A stretch of DNA of 64,000 bases from an uncultured Gammaproteobacteria bacterium (GCA_964518565.1 CAZFGX010000001.1:139046-203045), one strand, 5' to 3'; counted from the stretch's first letter, positions 19,023 through 28,787 are shown. Translations and numbers: made by a program. Notes: generated by a model from the sequence alone, not told the origin.

Positions 19023-19222
19023 AATCTATATCAGAACTCACTTTAGCCGAAGCCTTCAAAGAATTAGAAGAAGTTGTCGCGTCATTTGAATCAGGTCAGA
19101 TTGATATCGAAAAAAGTATTCCCAAATTTCGTCGCGGATTAGAATTATCAAAATATATTAAAGAAAAATTGTCTCAAGTAGAAAACGAAATCGAACAAAT
19201 CAAAGTGGAATTTACCAACTAA
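19019..19222 (+). CDS. xseB: Exodeoxyribonuclease VII small subunit
   Basis: AFKELEEVV..FESG..IEKSI.KF.RG; overlaps xseA. Confidence 0.9.
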   Translation: MKSISELTLAEAFKELEEVVASFESGQIDIEKSIPKFRRGLELSKYIKEKLSQVENEIEQIKVEFTN

Positions 19223-19722
19223 TCACGGGAGCGAATAGCCTCCAATGCATCCTTGGTATTTCCGTGTTTCAATGCAGAAAAGAACAATTTTATCGTTTCT
19301 ATAATCACAGGCACCTCTAAATAATCGATCAAAATTGCCACCCATGCCACCCATCCAGGCAAATTTGAACCTTGTCCCGCAAATTGCCCCAGGACAAACT
19401 CGTCCGTAATCCAAAAAATATGTACCAATTGAACGACTAGTGAAAATAAAAACCAACTCGTCTTAAATGAGAACTGTTTTCTAAGTTGATAAACATATAA
19501 TAGACCAGTTGAAAACAAAGCAGGTATCTCAGTGTAATCAACAACAATAATCAACCACTCAAATACCCCGGTTGGAGTAAACAAACTTGAACCGAATAAA
19601 CGTAGCCAAATAACATGGGTCAGTAACCAAAACAAATGAACTACTTGTAAACTAAATAACCCAGCAGAAATACCAACATTGAGTAAATAGTGTCGCTGAT
19701 ACCAATCCCAGAATCGTTTCAT
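19219..19722 (-). CDS. Membrane protein with twofold internal repeat
   Basis: QVVHLFW..VDYTEIP and QLVHIFW..IDYLEVP. Confidence 0.75.
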   Translation of the reverse strand: MKRFWDWYQRHYLLNVGISAGLFSLQVVHLFWLLTHVIWLRLFGSSLFTPTGVFEWLIIVVDYTEIPALFSTGLLYVYQLRKQFSFKTSWFLFSLVVQLVHIFWITDEFVLGQFAGQGSNLPGWVAWVAILIDYLEVPVIIETIKLFFSALKHGNTKDALEAIRSRD

Positions 19723-19751
19723 TCACCTATTGTACCTGCTACACTAAAACT

Positions 19752-20258
19752 ATGAAACATCAGTCAAAAAAGACTGCAGCAGAATATGTTCGGAATTTCA
19801 CCTTTGGAGTAGAAGACAGTCTCGCATCTACCGTTGGTCTTTTATCTGGGATTGCTTCAGCTAGTCAGGCAAACCGCACGATTGTCATTACAGGATTAGT
19901 GTTAATTTTTACTGAAGCATTATCTATGGGTATTGGCAGTTTTCTTTCAGATCAATCAGTTCAAGAATACTCCCGTCACAAGGACGTATCACTATCAAGA
20001 TCCATCCCCTCAGCCCTTATTATGTTTATTTCATATCTTATTGCAGGAATCATACCCATTGCGCCATATATGTGGTTACCCTCGCCATATTCACTATATT
20101 TATCAATTGTTCTAGCTATTTTAGCTTTGGGTTTATTAGGTGCAATCAACGCCAAAATTTCCCATACCAAAGCAAGACCTCATATATTTCGCATGATGAT
20201 TTTAGGCGGCAGTGTGACAGTGGCAGGTGTTGTTATTGGCTCTTTATTACATGGGTAA
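19752..20258 (+). CDS. VIT1/CCC1-family Fe/Mn transporter
   Basis: FGVEDSL, EALSMGIGSFLS, GIIPIAPY. Confidence 0.85.
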   Translation: MKHQSKKTAAEYVRNFTFGVEDSLASTVGLLSGIASASQANRTIVITGLVLIFTEALSMGIGSFLSDQSVQEYSRHKDVSLSRSIPSALIMFISYLIAGIIPIAPYMWLPSPYSLYLSIVLAILALGLLGAINAKISHTKARPHIFRMMILGGSVTVAGVVIGSLLHG

Positions 20259-21225
20259 AAACTCCCAACACCTACTCGCTGCATTTATTGGAGCTATAAC
20301 CTTGATAGCTATATATGGTTTATATTTGGTCAAAAACTCCCCAAAATTTGGCCCATCAGCTAGTATTGCGATTGTTCCTTTACTCTCACCCACCACGCCT
20401 CCCACTCCCACACTCAGTCCTTCGCCTACGCTATCGCCGAGTCCTACTCTTACACCTAGTCCTTCGCCTCGTCCATCAGCGACCCCAGTTCCGACTGTAA
20501 AACCAATTTCTGGCCCGCCTGGGTCAGGACTTAGCAGTGTAACGGTTGCAACACCCAGAGGAAATTTTAAGGCCACGATTTTATCGTTTGACACCTCAAC
20601 TACTCGTATGATCACTGATACAGCTCAAGACAATGACTGTGCTAATGATTGTCAAACTCTAGCCCTCAAAGATTTTCTTACACGAAATAATGGTTTCGCC
20701 GGAGTGAATGGTACCTACTTTTGCCCCGATACATACCCTGATTGTCAATCAAAGAAAAATTCTTTTGATTTTCCTGTATACAACACTCGCCTAAACAAAT
20801 GGATTCAAGCAGACAAACTTAGCTGGAATAATAGACGAGCCATTTTTTATACAGACGGATCTGGTGCTCACTATCAACATGATTCAGCCGGATTTAGTGG
20901 TGGATTAAATGCGGGAGTAATAAATTATCCTGGCTTAGTCGATGGATCAAATGTTCAAATAGATGACAATCAGTCAGGTCTTTCTGACAAACAAAAAGCC
21001 AAGGGTACTAAGGTGGGTATTGGTACTCGCAACACGAATAATATTATGGTCGTGATTGCTTACAACGTCGACATGCTTGATTTTGCCCATGTTTTTAAAA
21101 GTCTTGGAGCCACCGGCGCCTTAAATTTAGATACTGGCGGCTCGACAGCGTTGATCTGGGGAGGAAAATATATTGCAGGTCCAGGCAGAGGTTTACCAAA
21201 CGCGATCATCTTCGCTAATAGATAA
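20251..21225 (+). CDS. Phosphodiester glycosidase (NAGPA/DUF2233) with Pro/Ser/Thr stalk
   Basis: GVNGTYF, ALNLDTGGST, PNAI; N-terminal TM; start refined to MGKNS. Confidence 0.8.
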   Translation: MGKNSQHLLAAFIGAITLIAIYGLYLVKNSPKFGPSASIAIVPLLSPTTPPTPTLSPSPTLSPSPTLTPSPSPRPSATPVPTVKPISGPPGSGLSSVTVATPRGNFKATILSFDTSTTRMITDTAQDNDCANDCQTLALKDFLTRNNGFAGVNGTYFCPDTYPDCQSKKNSFDFPVYNTRLNKWIQADKLSWNNRRAIFYTDGSGAHYQHDSAGFSGGLNAGVINYPGLVDGSNVQIDDNQSGLSDKQKAKGTKVGIGTRNTNNIMVVIAYNVDMLDFAHVFKSLGATGALNLDTGGSTALIWGGKYIAGPGRGLPNAIIFANR

Positions 21226-21254
21226 TCACAAGAATCCATGGTACAGTAATTTTC

Positions 21255-21704
21255 ATGCAAGACGATATTCAAACACCACTCGAAGCCGAAATAGTTTCTG
21301 ATCCAAGTATTCCTGAAGTAGTTCAGGCAAATCTCGATCTAGTCGGCATGATCAATAACTATGTAGCCCAAATGGATGGAATAAATACTGAAGTACATAA
21401 ATATCGCGACATGCTCAATTCTATGTTTGAAAGTGATGCCACATATCAAACCCACGACTTAGCTGTTAAAGAAGCTCAAAAAGTCCGCAATGCCACGAAA
21501 AAACAAATCATGAAATTGCCACAAGCTGCTGATTTAGCCTCTCGTATTCAAGATCTTAAAAAACAAACCAAAGAACTTGGCACATCGTTATCTGATTATC
21601 TCAAAGATTATGAAAAAACTACCGGATCAAGACATATCGAAGGCTTGGATGGTCAAATTCGTGAAATTGTGTATACTGCCAAACTGGTCAAAAAATTAGA
21701 ATAA
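21255..21704 (+). CDS. Conserved hypothetical coiled-coil protein
   Basis: 149 aa; TACAGT 7 nt before ATG. Confidence 0.75.
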   Translation: MQDDIQTPLEAEIVSDPSIPEVVQANLDLVGMINNYVAQMDGINTEVHKYRDMLNSMFESDATYQTHDLAVKEAQKVRNATKKQIMKLPQAADLASRIQDLKKQTKELGTSLSDYLKDYEKTTGSRHIEGLDGQIREIVYTAKLVKKLE

Positions 21705-21709
21705 TATTC

Positions 21710-22372
21710 ATGAAACTGTCCAAAGCGCTCCTTGCCCTCGCTGCAAGTTCCGTCGTGGCAATAATTGTTTTGCAGTTTGGTATTCCCAAAATGGCTCAAC
21801 AAGGCATTGCTCTTGGTTGTACACCTCTGACTGATTCTGGTGAAACTGATCCTTCAGATACAATCGCAATATGGGAAAACCACATGGTAGAGCCAGCCTT
21901 GGCATTGAACACCAATTTATCTCCCCAAGACCAAAAAGTCCTTGGTGCAACGGCTGAAACCAAAAGAATAGACGTAAATTTAACAACTCAAATGTTAACA
22001 GCTTATGAAGGCGACAAGATTTTTTTGACCAGCCTGATATCTAGTGGACTTTGGAACAAAACTCCAGTCGGACAGTATGAAATTTGGTACAAAATAGTCT
22101 CGACGAAAATGGAAGGCGGCATTAAAGGCCAGCGATCATATTACTATTTACCGAATGTCCCATTTGATATGTTCTTCAATGGTGACATTGGCATCCATGG
22201 CGCATATTGGCACAATAATTTTGGTCAACCAATGAGTCACGGTTGTGTCAACACACCTACCCCAGTCGCTGAACAACTCTTTTATTGGTCCGATCCGCAA
22301 ATTCCTGAAGGTAAAAAAGCTGTCCGTTCCTCTCCTGAAAATCCTGGCACTAAAGTAATAGTGCACTATTAA
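21710..22372 (+). CDS. L,D-transpeptidase (YkuD family)
   Basis: GIHGAYWH..FG.PMSHGCVN. Confidence 0.92.
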   Translation: MKLSKALLALAASSVVAIIVLQFGIPKMAQQGIALGCTPLTDSGETDPSDTIAIWENHMVEPALALNTNLSPQDQKVLGATAETKRIDVNLTTQMLTAYEGDKIFLTSLISSGLWNKTPVGQYEIWYKIVSTKMEGGIKGQRSYYYLPNVPFDMFFNGDIGIHGAYWHNNFGQPMSHGCVNTPTPVAEQLFYWSDPQIPEGKKAVRSSPENPGTKVIVHY

Positions 22373-22380
22373 ATTTCCGT

Positions 22381-22415
22381 TTGACAATTTGTCACTCCTA
22401 GTGTTAGACTGCTAA
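22381..22415 (+). promoter_or_regulatory. Sigma-70 promoter overlapped by CIRCE (HrcA operator)
   Basis: TTGACA 22381; TTGTCACTC-N9-GACTGCTAA at 22389-22415 versus consensus TTAGCACTC-N9-GAGTGCTAA. Confidence 0.85.
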
Positions 22416-22424
22416 TCTACAACT

Positions 22425-24845
22425 ATGGCATTTTCGTTAACCCCTTCATCTTCCGATAACAGATCTTATCCCGTCGTTGCCCTGCGTGAAGGCGTTGTTT
22501 TTCCTCATACTGAAGCCCATCTCACGTTTGGTCGACCCAAAAGTGCAGCTGCCATCGAATCCGCCATTAAATCCGACAAACAAATTGTTTTTGTTGCCCA
22601 AAAAAACTCTACTCAAAACCCTGAAGAATCAGATTTATATGATATTGGTACATTGTGTGTAGTCGAACAAGTCGCTCCCTATGGCAATGAATTATTAGCC
22701 TTAGTCAAAGGTATTAGTCGAGTCAAAATCGCCAAACATACCGCAAGTGAACCTTTTTTCACCGCCCCAATAGAACAAATTTCCGAAAACACGGTCGAGA
22801 CCGATGCTATTGTTGCCCTTGGTCGCCAAATTTTGACTGAATTCAAAAACTCATTCAACATGGGCAAATCAGTAGAGTTTCCCGTCTTTATGCGCCTAAT
22901 GGCTGGTGTTTCCGCTTCTGAATTAGTCGATCAGGTTGCGAATGCTCTAGATATCGCCACAGAAATAAAACAAGAGATTTTGGAAACAACCGATTTACAA
23001 AAACGCTTGGAGAAAGTCTTGGCACAATTGGTTCATGAAACAAAAGTCTTGGAACTAGAAAAATCGATTTCGAATAAAACTCATGCAAAATTTGAACGCA
23101 ATATGCGCCAGCAGATCCTTCAAGAACGCAAGCGTACGATTCAAGAAGAATTAGAAAAAATGGGCGCTGAAGACGAATCTGATGATGACGATATTGCTCG
23201 GTTGAAAAAAGCTATCAAAGCGGCTCATATGCCAGAAGCAGTCAAGACCAAAGCTGAAAAAGAATTAGGCCGGCTGATTCAAATGAGTCCAAATAATCCT
23301 GAATCAAATTACATCAGAACGTATCTAGATTGGTTGGTAGATATGCCGTGGAGTCTCGCGTCAAAAAGCCGAGTTTCTTTGGAAAACGCTGCCGAAATTC
23401 TTGACGCAGATCACTATGGTTTAAAAAAAGTTAAAGAACGCATTTTAGAATATTTAGCCGTCATGAAAATGCGCCAAAAAAATACAGGCTCATCTGATCG
23501 AAAAAGTATGGCCATTTTGTGTTTTGCCGGTCCTCCCGGAGTAGGTAAGACCTCGATCGGTAAATCCATAGCTCGGGCACTGGGCCGCAAATTTATCCGT
23601 GTTTCTTTGGGTGGAGTGCGTGATGAAGCCGAAGTTCGTGGTCATCGCCGAACGTATGTCGGTGCAATGCCTGGCCGTCTGCTTCAAGGTATCAAAAATG
23701 CCAAATCCAAAAACCCAGTATTTATGTTGGACGAGATCGACAAGCTCGCATCCGATTATCGTGGTGACCCTTCATCTGCTCTGTTAGAAGCCTTAGATCC
23801 TGAACAAAACAAAGAATTTTCAGATCACTATCTGGAAGTTCCCTTCGATTTGTCCGAAGTTATGTTTATCGCCACTGCAAATATGTTGGACAATATTCCA
23901 CCTGCCTTGCGTGATCGTATGGAAATTATCACTTTTCCGGGCTATACACTAGAAGAAAAAGCTCACATTGCCGCTACTCATCTTTGGCCAAAGCAGCTAG
24001 AAGCCAGCGGATTACCCAAGTCATTTACCATTGATCACGCCGCTTTGCTGCATATTATCAAGCGCTATACCAGAGAAGCAGGTGTTCGTGATCTAGAGAG
24101 ACAATTAGCCAAAATTTGCCGCAAATTAGCCAGAAATTTGGCGGAAAAAAAGCCAGTAAACAATCACATTGCCATGGAAGATGTCAAAAAATTATTAGGT
24201 CCAGAACGTCTACCTGAAACTTTTGCCGAGACCACAGATCAAGTTGGTATTGCTACAGGTATGTCCTGGAGTGAATCTGGTGGTGACATTTTGTTTATTG
24301 AAGTAGTGCTCATGCCAGGCAGAGGTGAGCTGAAGCTAACCGGCCAACTGGGCGACGTCATGAAAGAATCTGCCCAAGCAGCCTATTCATATGTGCGTAG
24401 TCGTTGGCAAGAGTTGGGTCTGAAGCCAGATTTCTATCGCAGACAAGATATTCATATCCACGTCCCCGAAGGCGCTATACCCAAAGACGGTCCTTCTGCT
24501 GGGGTAGCAATCACCACCGCCTTAGTCTCTGCCTTCACTGGTCGACCTGTACGACGAGATATTTCAATGACTGGAGAAATCACCTTACGCGGACGAGTCA
24601 GTGAAATTGGTGGAGTAAAAGAAAAAGTCATCGCTGCTCACCGGGCAGGTATTCATGAAGTCATTTTGCCCAAAGATAATGAAAAAGATGTCATCGAAGA
24701 CGTACCGCAAGAAATTAAGAACGACCTGAAATTCCATTTTGTCTCGCACATGGATCAAGCTTTAGCAATTGCTCTAAAAGAGACTTCAGATAGGCCAATT
24801 CGCACATCTCCCAAAGACCAATTTTCCACCCCTGTTTTGGCATAA
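22425..24845 (+). CDS. lon: Lon protease
   Basis: [23 protein letters not shown] catalytic Ser. Confidence 0.98.
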   Translation: MAFSLTPSSSDNRSYPVVALREGVVFPHTEAHLTFGRPKSAAAIESAIKSDKQIVFVAQKNSTQNPEESDLYDIGTLCVVEQVAPYGNELLALVKGISRVKIAKHTASEPFFTAPIEQISENTVETDAIVALGRQILTEFKNSFNMGKSVEFPVFMRLMAGVSASELVDQVANALDIATEIKQEILETTDLQKRLEKVLAQLVHETKVLELEKSISNKTHAKFERNMRQQILQERKRTIQEELEKMGAEDESDDDDIARLKKAIKAAHMPEAVKTKAEKELGRLIQMSPNNPESNYIRTYLDWLVDMPWSLASKSRVSLENAAEILDADHYGLKKVKERILEYLAVMKMRQKNTGSSDRKSMAILCFAGPPGVGKTSIGKSIARALGRKFIRVSLGGVRDEAEVRGHRRTYVGAMPGRLLQGIKNAKSKNPVFMLDEIDKLASDYRGDPSSALLEALDPEQNKEFSDHYLEVPFDLSEVMFIATANMLDNIPPALRDRMEIITFPGYTLEEKAHIAATHLWPKQLEASGLPKSFTIDHAALLHIIKRYTREAGVRDLERQLAKICRKLARNLAEKKPVNNHIAMEDVKKLLGPERLPETFAETTDQVGIATGMSWSESGGDILFIEVVLMPGRGELKLTGQLGDVMKESAQAAYSYVRSRWQELGLKPDFYRRQDIHIHVPEGAIPKDGPSAGVAITTALVSAFTGRPVRRDISMTGEITLRGRVSEIGGVKEKVIAAHRAGIHEVILPKDNEKDVIEDVPQEIKNDLKFHFVSHMDQALAIALKETSDRPIRTSPKDQFSTPVLA

Positions 24846-24874
24846 AAAAGGCGCAGAGTTCTCACTCCACGCCT
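24844..24874. terminator. Hairpin terminator between lon and the convergent cassette
   Basis: AAAAAAGGCG..CGCCT imperfect stem; T-tract on minus strand. Confidence 0.5.
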
Positions 24875-24880
24875 GTAGAT

Positions 24881-25309
24881 TTACTTCTTTTTGAAGAATG
24901 CAAATTTTTGTATCGCCTGTCGGGCAATAAACGTCGAATCCGCCACCATCAACCAAAAAACTATTACTGTGAGGCCGACATACATTAAACCACCCTTAAT
25001 AATCACTTCACCTGCCTCAAAAGAGCCAGAAACAAAAACCCCCACTCCTAGCAATGCCAACAGAATACCAAATGGCATTTGAGTTAGAGTAATAGCACAA
25101 AAGTCTATTCGAGTTTTGTATCCAGTGATATATATGATCAAGAAACCGACACAAGCAATCAAACCCCGGAAAGAATCTTTTGGCTGTATTCCATCAAGAA
25201 AATACATTTTGCCGACAATTGCCAAAAGTATTAGTGCTCCCAGAGCTGCCAAACTACAAAGTATTTTTTCGAGCAGGGTAAATGCCTGAACATTCTTGAC
25301 TAAAACCAT
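24881..25309 (-). CDS. Hypothetical membrane protein (about 4 TM)
   Basis: SD CGGAGGT; hydrophobic. Confidence 0.75.
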   Translation of the reverse strand: MVLVKNVQAFTLLEKILCSLAALGALILLAIVGKMYFLDGIQPKDSFRGLIACVGFLIIYITGYKTRIDFCAITLTQMPFGILLALLGVGVFVSGSFEAGEVIIKGGLMYVGLTVIVFWLMVADSTFIARQAIQKFAFFKKK

Positions 25310-25337
25310 AACTACCTCCGTACTTTTACTGCTTCAA

Positions 25338-25532
25338 TCATCGTTGTCCTCTACTAACAAGCCAAATAATTGCCACCACCACATATAAGACAGTGGTAAC
25401 AATAATTGGCGCCGGGTTAATAGACATCCAATCTTCGGCTGTCTCATACGCACTTTGCCCCAGATACCCCTGCGAACCAACCAGTAGCAGAGGGGGAAAA
25501 GCCGCATACAAAATCATCCATACCAGATTCAT
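25338..25532 (-). CDS. Hypothetical small 2-TM protein
   Basis: SD AGGAGG; 64 aa. Confidence 0.7.
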   Translation of the reverse strand: MNLVWMILYAAFPPLLLVGSQGYLGQSAYETAEDWMSINPAPIIVTTVLYVVVAIIWLVSRGQR

Positions 25533-25541
25533 CTCTGCCTC

Positions 25542-25796
25542 CTATAATATTTGTCGAGAATATCGAGGATCTCTACACTGTTTCCAGTCCCCTCCATCCA
25601 CGGTCACTTCCCACCAATGACAAAGTTCTTTTTCACCCTCAAGACAAACATAGGGCACAAGCAAGTCAAAAACCAATGGGGTAGACAATGAAGGTACGGG
25701 ATACTTTGTTCGCAATGTAGCCAAATTTGACCCTTGCCAGACTACTTGGACATGTTCTTTGTTTGCCGTCACAACCTTTCTCCACACGCGATACAT
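25542..25796 (-). CDS. Hypothetical protein (84 aa)
   Basis: SD AAGGAGG before MYRVWRK. Confidence 0.7.
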   Translation of the reverse strand: MYRVWRKVVTANKEHVQVVWQGSNLATLRTKYPVPSLSTPLVFDLLVPYVCLEGEKELCHWWEVTVDGGDWKQCRDPRYSRQIL

Positions 25797-25858
25797 AACA
25801 ACCTCCTTCAAATTGTTTAAGTGCAAAAAACTCCTTCTTCGCAATTGAAGTTGAGTTT
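25797..25858 (-). promoter_or_regulatory. Hairpin + boxA-like motif + SD leader directly after tRNA-Glu (cassette B)
   Basis: CTTC-AATTGC-GAAG inside AAACTC/GAGTTT stem; GCACTTAAACAA 25824-25813. Confidence 0.6.
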
Positions 25859-25861
25859 CTG

Positions 25862-25933
25862 TGACCTCACGGAGAATCGAACTCCGATTATCAGGATGAG
25901 AACCTGACGTCCTAGCCGTTAGACGATGAGGCC
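25862..25933 (-). tRNA. tRNA-Glu (CTC), CCA not encoded
   Basis: GGCCTCA/TGAGGTC acceptor, TCAGG-TT-CTC-AT-CCTGA, GTTCGATTC. Confidence 0.95.
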
Positions 25934-25976
25934 TATACTCATATTTTACAGTATTTCTCTAAAATATCCTATAATA

Positions 25977-26098
25977 TTGATTTTTCGGTCAAAATAAGCT
26001 AAAATAGCCTCATCATCTGGGCAAATTGAATATATGCTATTCAACCAAGCACAGAGACGTTTCATAGCACATTTTCAATTTGCGGATAAGGAGGTTTT
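25977..26098 (+). promoter_or_regulatory. Promoter + hairpin + boxA-like motif + SD leader (cassette C)
   Basis: TTGATT-17-TAAAAT; TTGAATA-TATGC-TATTCAA; GCACATTTTCAA 26067-26078; AAGGAGG. Confidence 0.6.
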
Positions 26099-26494
26099 AT
26101 GCTGATGAGTAATGCTGAGTGTTTCGAAGACTTTCGCCAACAGGCAGTTGAACAACAGCTTTGTTTTGCCGTACATCCCCATCCAAAAAGTGATGAAGTC
26201 GTGTTCAATGTTTATTACAACTTAGGCGACATCTATTTTCTAGCCGATCCTCAAAAAGTGCGCCAGCTTGTAGATTTTGCCCGTCAACATGCTATACAAA
26301 ACCATGCAGATGAACATGTTCAAAATTCAGGCTATGGCCTATTAGAGTGTGTTTGTAACACCGGTCCACTCAATCGCAACGAGAAGTTTGTTATTTGGGA
26401 ACAATGGTTTTATGACCGGGGAAATTCATCTCGAATTTCTCTAGCGGATTGGTTAGAGATGTGGGGCTACAAAGTCCCCGCGTTTGAAGCATAA
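26099..26494 (+). CDS. Hypothetical (ORFan) protein
   Basis: SD TAAGGAGG; 131 aa. Confidence 0.75.
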   Translation: MLMSNAECFEDFRQQAVEQQLCFAVHPHPKSDEVVFNVYYNLGDIYFLADPQKVRQLVDFARQHAIQNHADEHVQNSGYGLLECVCNTGPLNRNEKFVIWEQWFYDRGNSSRISLADWLEMWGYKVPAFEA

Positions 26495-26532
26495 TAATTT
26501 TCAAATTGCAGTAGAAAAGGAGTTAAAAGATT

Positions 26533-26997
26533 ATGGGTTTTCATCCTTGTGCAATGTGTAATGGTGGCGGAGCATTTTCGCCAAACAGTAGTTCAGACAT
26601 TGTCATAGTTTTTAAAGTACCAGTGAAAAGCCAGCCTGGTTTTATGAGCCAGTTGGTGCCAAAAGAAAAACTTGAAAACGCGACACGTTCATGGCAATTT
26701 CCAATTGGTATCCTCCATTATGTTTTTGACCACAGGTATATCCCATCAGAAGACTTTCAAAAAGCCTGTCTGGAATGGCTACCGATCAATTCTCAATGGC
26801 ATCAAACTCGATCAACGAACGACACTGTTCATACTGCCCCCGGAGTGACGCCTATCGGTTATCTTGGAACAGAAATACCTATCGGTGGAAGATTGTTGCC
26901 AGGTTTCAAAGCCAAGTTGTTACAAATCTGTCAGAGAGTGGCAGACGAAACCCACCACGAGATTCCATTTGAAGACGAAACAAAAATTCGGTATTAA
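26533..26997 (+). CDS. Hypothetical putative Zn-binding protein
   Basis: GFHPCAMC and P..ILHYV.DH.YIP..DF motifs; SD AAGGAG. Confidence 0.75.
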   Translation: MGFHPCAMCNGGGAFSPNSSSDIVIVFKVPVKSQPGFMSQLVPKEKLENATRSWQFPIGILHYVFDHRYIPSEDFQKACLEWLPINSQWHQTRSTNDTVHTAPGVTPIGYLGTEIPIGGRLLPGFKAKLLQICQRVADETHHEIPFEDETKIRY

Positions 26998-27024
26998 ATC
27001 CGCAAATTTATAAAAATGTGCCAA

Positions 27025-27061
27025 GGCGCCTGGAGGGGATTTCCTCAATAGGCGCTTTTTT
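27025..27061 (+). terminator. Intrinsic terminator
   Basis: GCGCCT..AGGCGC stem plus T-run. Confidence 0.7.
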
Positions 27062-27072
27062 CTTGCCCGCCC

Positions 27073-27172
27073 TGCTATAATCGAGCCTATAATTCGCCAA
27101 AAATGCATCGCGCATGAAAAAACCTGACGAATTATGTGTACTTTTGAAAAACGATCGAATTAGGAGGGATTT
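27073..27172 (+). promoter_or_regulatory. Extended -10 promoter + stem + boxA-like motif + SD leader (cassette D)
   Basis: TGCTATAAT; ATAATTCG/CGAATTAT stem with ATGC-ATCGC-GCAT; GTACTTTTGAAAA 27138; AGGAGG. Confidence 0.6.
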
Positions 27173-27406
27173 ATGCAAATCATCTGCTGTGAATGTAATG
27201 AAGATAAAAAGAAATGTTCTCGTAGTGTGGAAATTTCCAATGAGCAAAAAGATTCATACCAAAAACGCGGATTGACATTAATTGTTGATGGCTGTCCAAA
27301 TGGGCCAAGTGCGGATTCTACTTTAGTCGAAACCTGTGATGGGTACAAATTGTACCGACCCCAAAGAATGCAAATCGATCCTATCGATCTCGAATTACTA
27401 GATTGA
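27173..27406 (+). CDS. Small Cys-rich hypothetical protein
   Basis: SD TAGGAGG; CCEC..C..GCP..C. Confidence 0.7.
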   Translation: MQIICCECNEDKKKCSRSVEISNEQKDSYQKRGLTLIVDGCPNGPSADSTLVETCDGYKLYRPQRMQIDPIDLELLD

Positions 27407-27410
27407 CCAC

Positions 27411-27456
27411 AAAAAAAGGGCAGGTGGTGCGTTTTGCACCTCCTGCCCAACTTTTT
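27411..27456. terminator. Bidirectional terminator
   Basis: A-run-GGGCAGG..GGTGC-GTTTT-GCACC..CCTGCCC-T-run. Confidence 0.8.
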
Positions 27457-27467
27457 ATCTCAAAGAG

Positions 27468-27911
27468 TTAGAGAGCGTGAATCTCGTGTGCTTCTACACT
27501 CACACGCCAACCAACTTCTTCTTTCACCTTCTTTCCTTTATGCATGATGCAAGTAATTACTGCTCCTCGCACGACTTTATCTCCATACCGGCTCGGAATA
27601 GTTTCAATACGCACCAAAGCATCCAGCTCAGACTCCTTACCACCACGACAAAACCGAAATGATTCACCGATATTGATCCAATTAAAGTCTTTTTCAGTCG
27701 TTGTCGGAAAAAACACCTGACTAGGCTTAGCTTCAAATACTCGGCCGCCTTCTACTGTCTGAAATTCCAGTTTATTTTCAGGCAGATAACGTAGAAGCCG
27801 ACACAGATCAAATTCTTTCGACTTTCGTTCGACAACCACCAACGAACAGACGACCAGATCAGCAATCTGGCGATCAGATAGTCGTACTCGACTAATTTGT
27901 TTTTTGCTCAT
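27468..27911 (-). CDS. Hypothetical beta-rich (SH3/OB-like, unverified) protein
   Basis: SD GGAGGGAG before MSKKQ. Confidence 0.7.
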   Translation of the reverse strand: MSKKQISRVRLSDRQIADLVVCSLVVVERKSKEFDLCRLLRYLPENKLEFQTVEGGRVFEAKPSQVFFPTTTEKDFNWINIGESFRFCRGGKESELDALVRIETIPSRYGDKVVRGAVITCIMHKGKKVKEEVGWRVSVEAHEIHAL

Positions 27912-28155
27912 TATCTCCCTCCACATACAAATGGATTCGAAGCGGTTCTACACGATCGCCAGCTTTATAATTTAGCGTACTTCCTTGCTCAAGTATCTGC
28001 AAAATTTCAGCTTCAACATACGATCGATGTTTGACAATCACCCGTATCTTCGCTAGCACCCGAAACTCGTCATTGCCCATCTCCCATTGCAGTTCGCTGC
28101 CTTCTTGTACAATGTCTCTGAATTCTTGCGCTGATATCGGCCTGAACTCTGCCAT
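27892..28155 (-). CDS. Hypothetical protein (87 aa)
   Basis: SD GGAGG before MAEFRP. Confidence 0.7.
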   Translation of the reverse strand: MAEFRPISAQEFRDIVQEGSELQWEMGNDEFRVLAKIRVIVKHRSYVEAEILQILEQGSTLNYKAGDRVEPLRIHLYVEGDNEQKTN

Positions 28156-28241
28156 ATAACCTCCATTTACTATCAATGTACCAATATCGGCATGTTCCGA
28201 TATTGTCGCGATATTGTACAGATTTATAGACAAAAATTCAA
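28156..28241 (-). promoter_or_regulatory. Promoter + hairpin + boxA-like motif + SD leader (cassette G)
   Basis: TTGAAT-17-TACAAT; CAATATCGG-AACATG-CCGATATTG; GTACATTGATAG 28181-28170; GGAGG. Confidence 0.65.
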
Positions 28242-28242
28242 A

Positions 28243-28704
28243 CTACAGGCCTAAATAAAACAATTTCTCATGATCCAAACGTAACACAGTATTCTTAACC
28301 CATCCAGGCGCCAATTCCTGGCCTTGATAGACTTCTTGAATAGTGACAAATGAATTTTTTGCCTTCGTCGCCTGCGCCAAAAACACTTTTTTACCAAATA
28401 CTTCTCTATACAACACTTTTGTACCAGAAGTCAGTTCAGAAGCCTGGTGCAAATCCATCCCGATCCAAAACAAATCCCGACAACAAACAATATATGTTCC
28501 TGCTACTGGATAATTCAATAAAATATTTGCTGAAGCAGCAATGACTCGCTCAGACAAAAAAGCTACATCCCAGACATTCTTATCTATCAATACCACTCTG
28601 CCATGCGTAATTGAATAATGTTGCAAAAATCTTCGGGTCACACACACTTTCATACCTCGCACAAGGCTGGGATATTCACTTGGGGAAATATTCACATTCG
28701 ACAT
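28243..28704 (-). CDS. Hypothetical (ORFan) protein
   Basis: SD AGGAGGG; boxA-like GTTCTTTAACAA at 28731-28720. Confidence 0.7.
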   Translation of the reverse strand: MSNVNISPSEYPSLVRGMKVCVTRRFLQHYSITHGRVVLIDKNVWDVAFLSERVIAASANILLNYPVAGTYIVCCRDLFWIGMDLHQASELTSGTKVLYREVFGKKVFLAQATKAKNSFVTIQEVYQGQELAPGWVKNTVLRLDHEKLFYLGL

Positions 28705-28756
28705 CAAAACCCCTCCTAATTGTTAAAGAACCAAAAATCCTTCTCGAATCTTAGCA

Positions 28757-28787
28757 TTCAGCCAAAGTTCAGTTCTCAGAGTAAAAT
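28757..28787 (+). promoter_or_regulatory. OmpR-type direct repeat TTCAG-N6-TTCAG plus -10 (autoregulatory)
   Basis: TTCAGCCAAAGTTCAG 9 nt before TAAAAT, which is 6 nt before the regulator ATG. Confidence 0.7.

Noticed and set aside
20390-20500. Tandem DNA repeat
   Set aside because: It is a degenerate coding repeat (SPTLSP) of a Pro/Ser/Thr linker, not a nucleotide-level array.
24881-28731. Integron cassette array or prophage
   Set aside because: Genes lie on both strands with their own promoters. No attC-like RYYYAAC..GTTRRRY sites, integrase or phage structural genes were recognised, and no tRNA 3'-end duplication was found.
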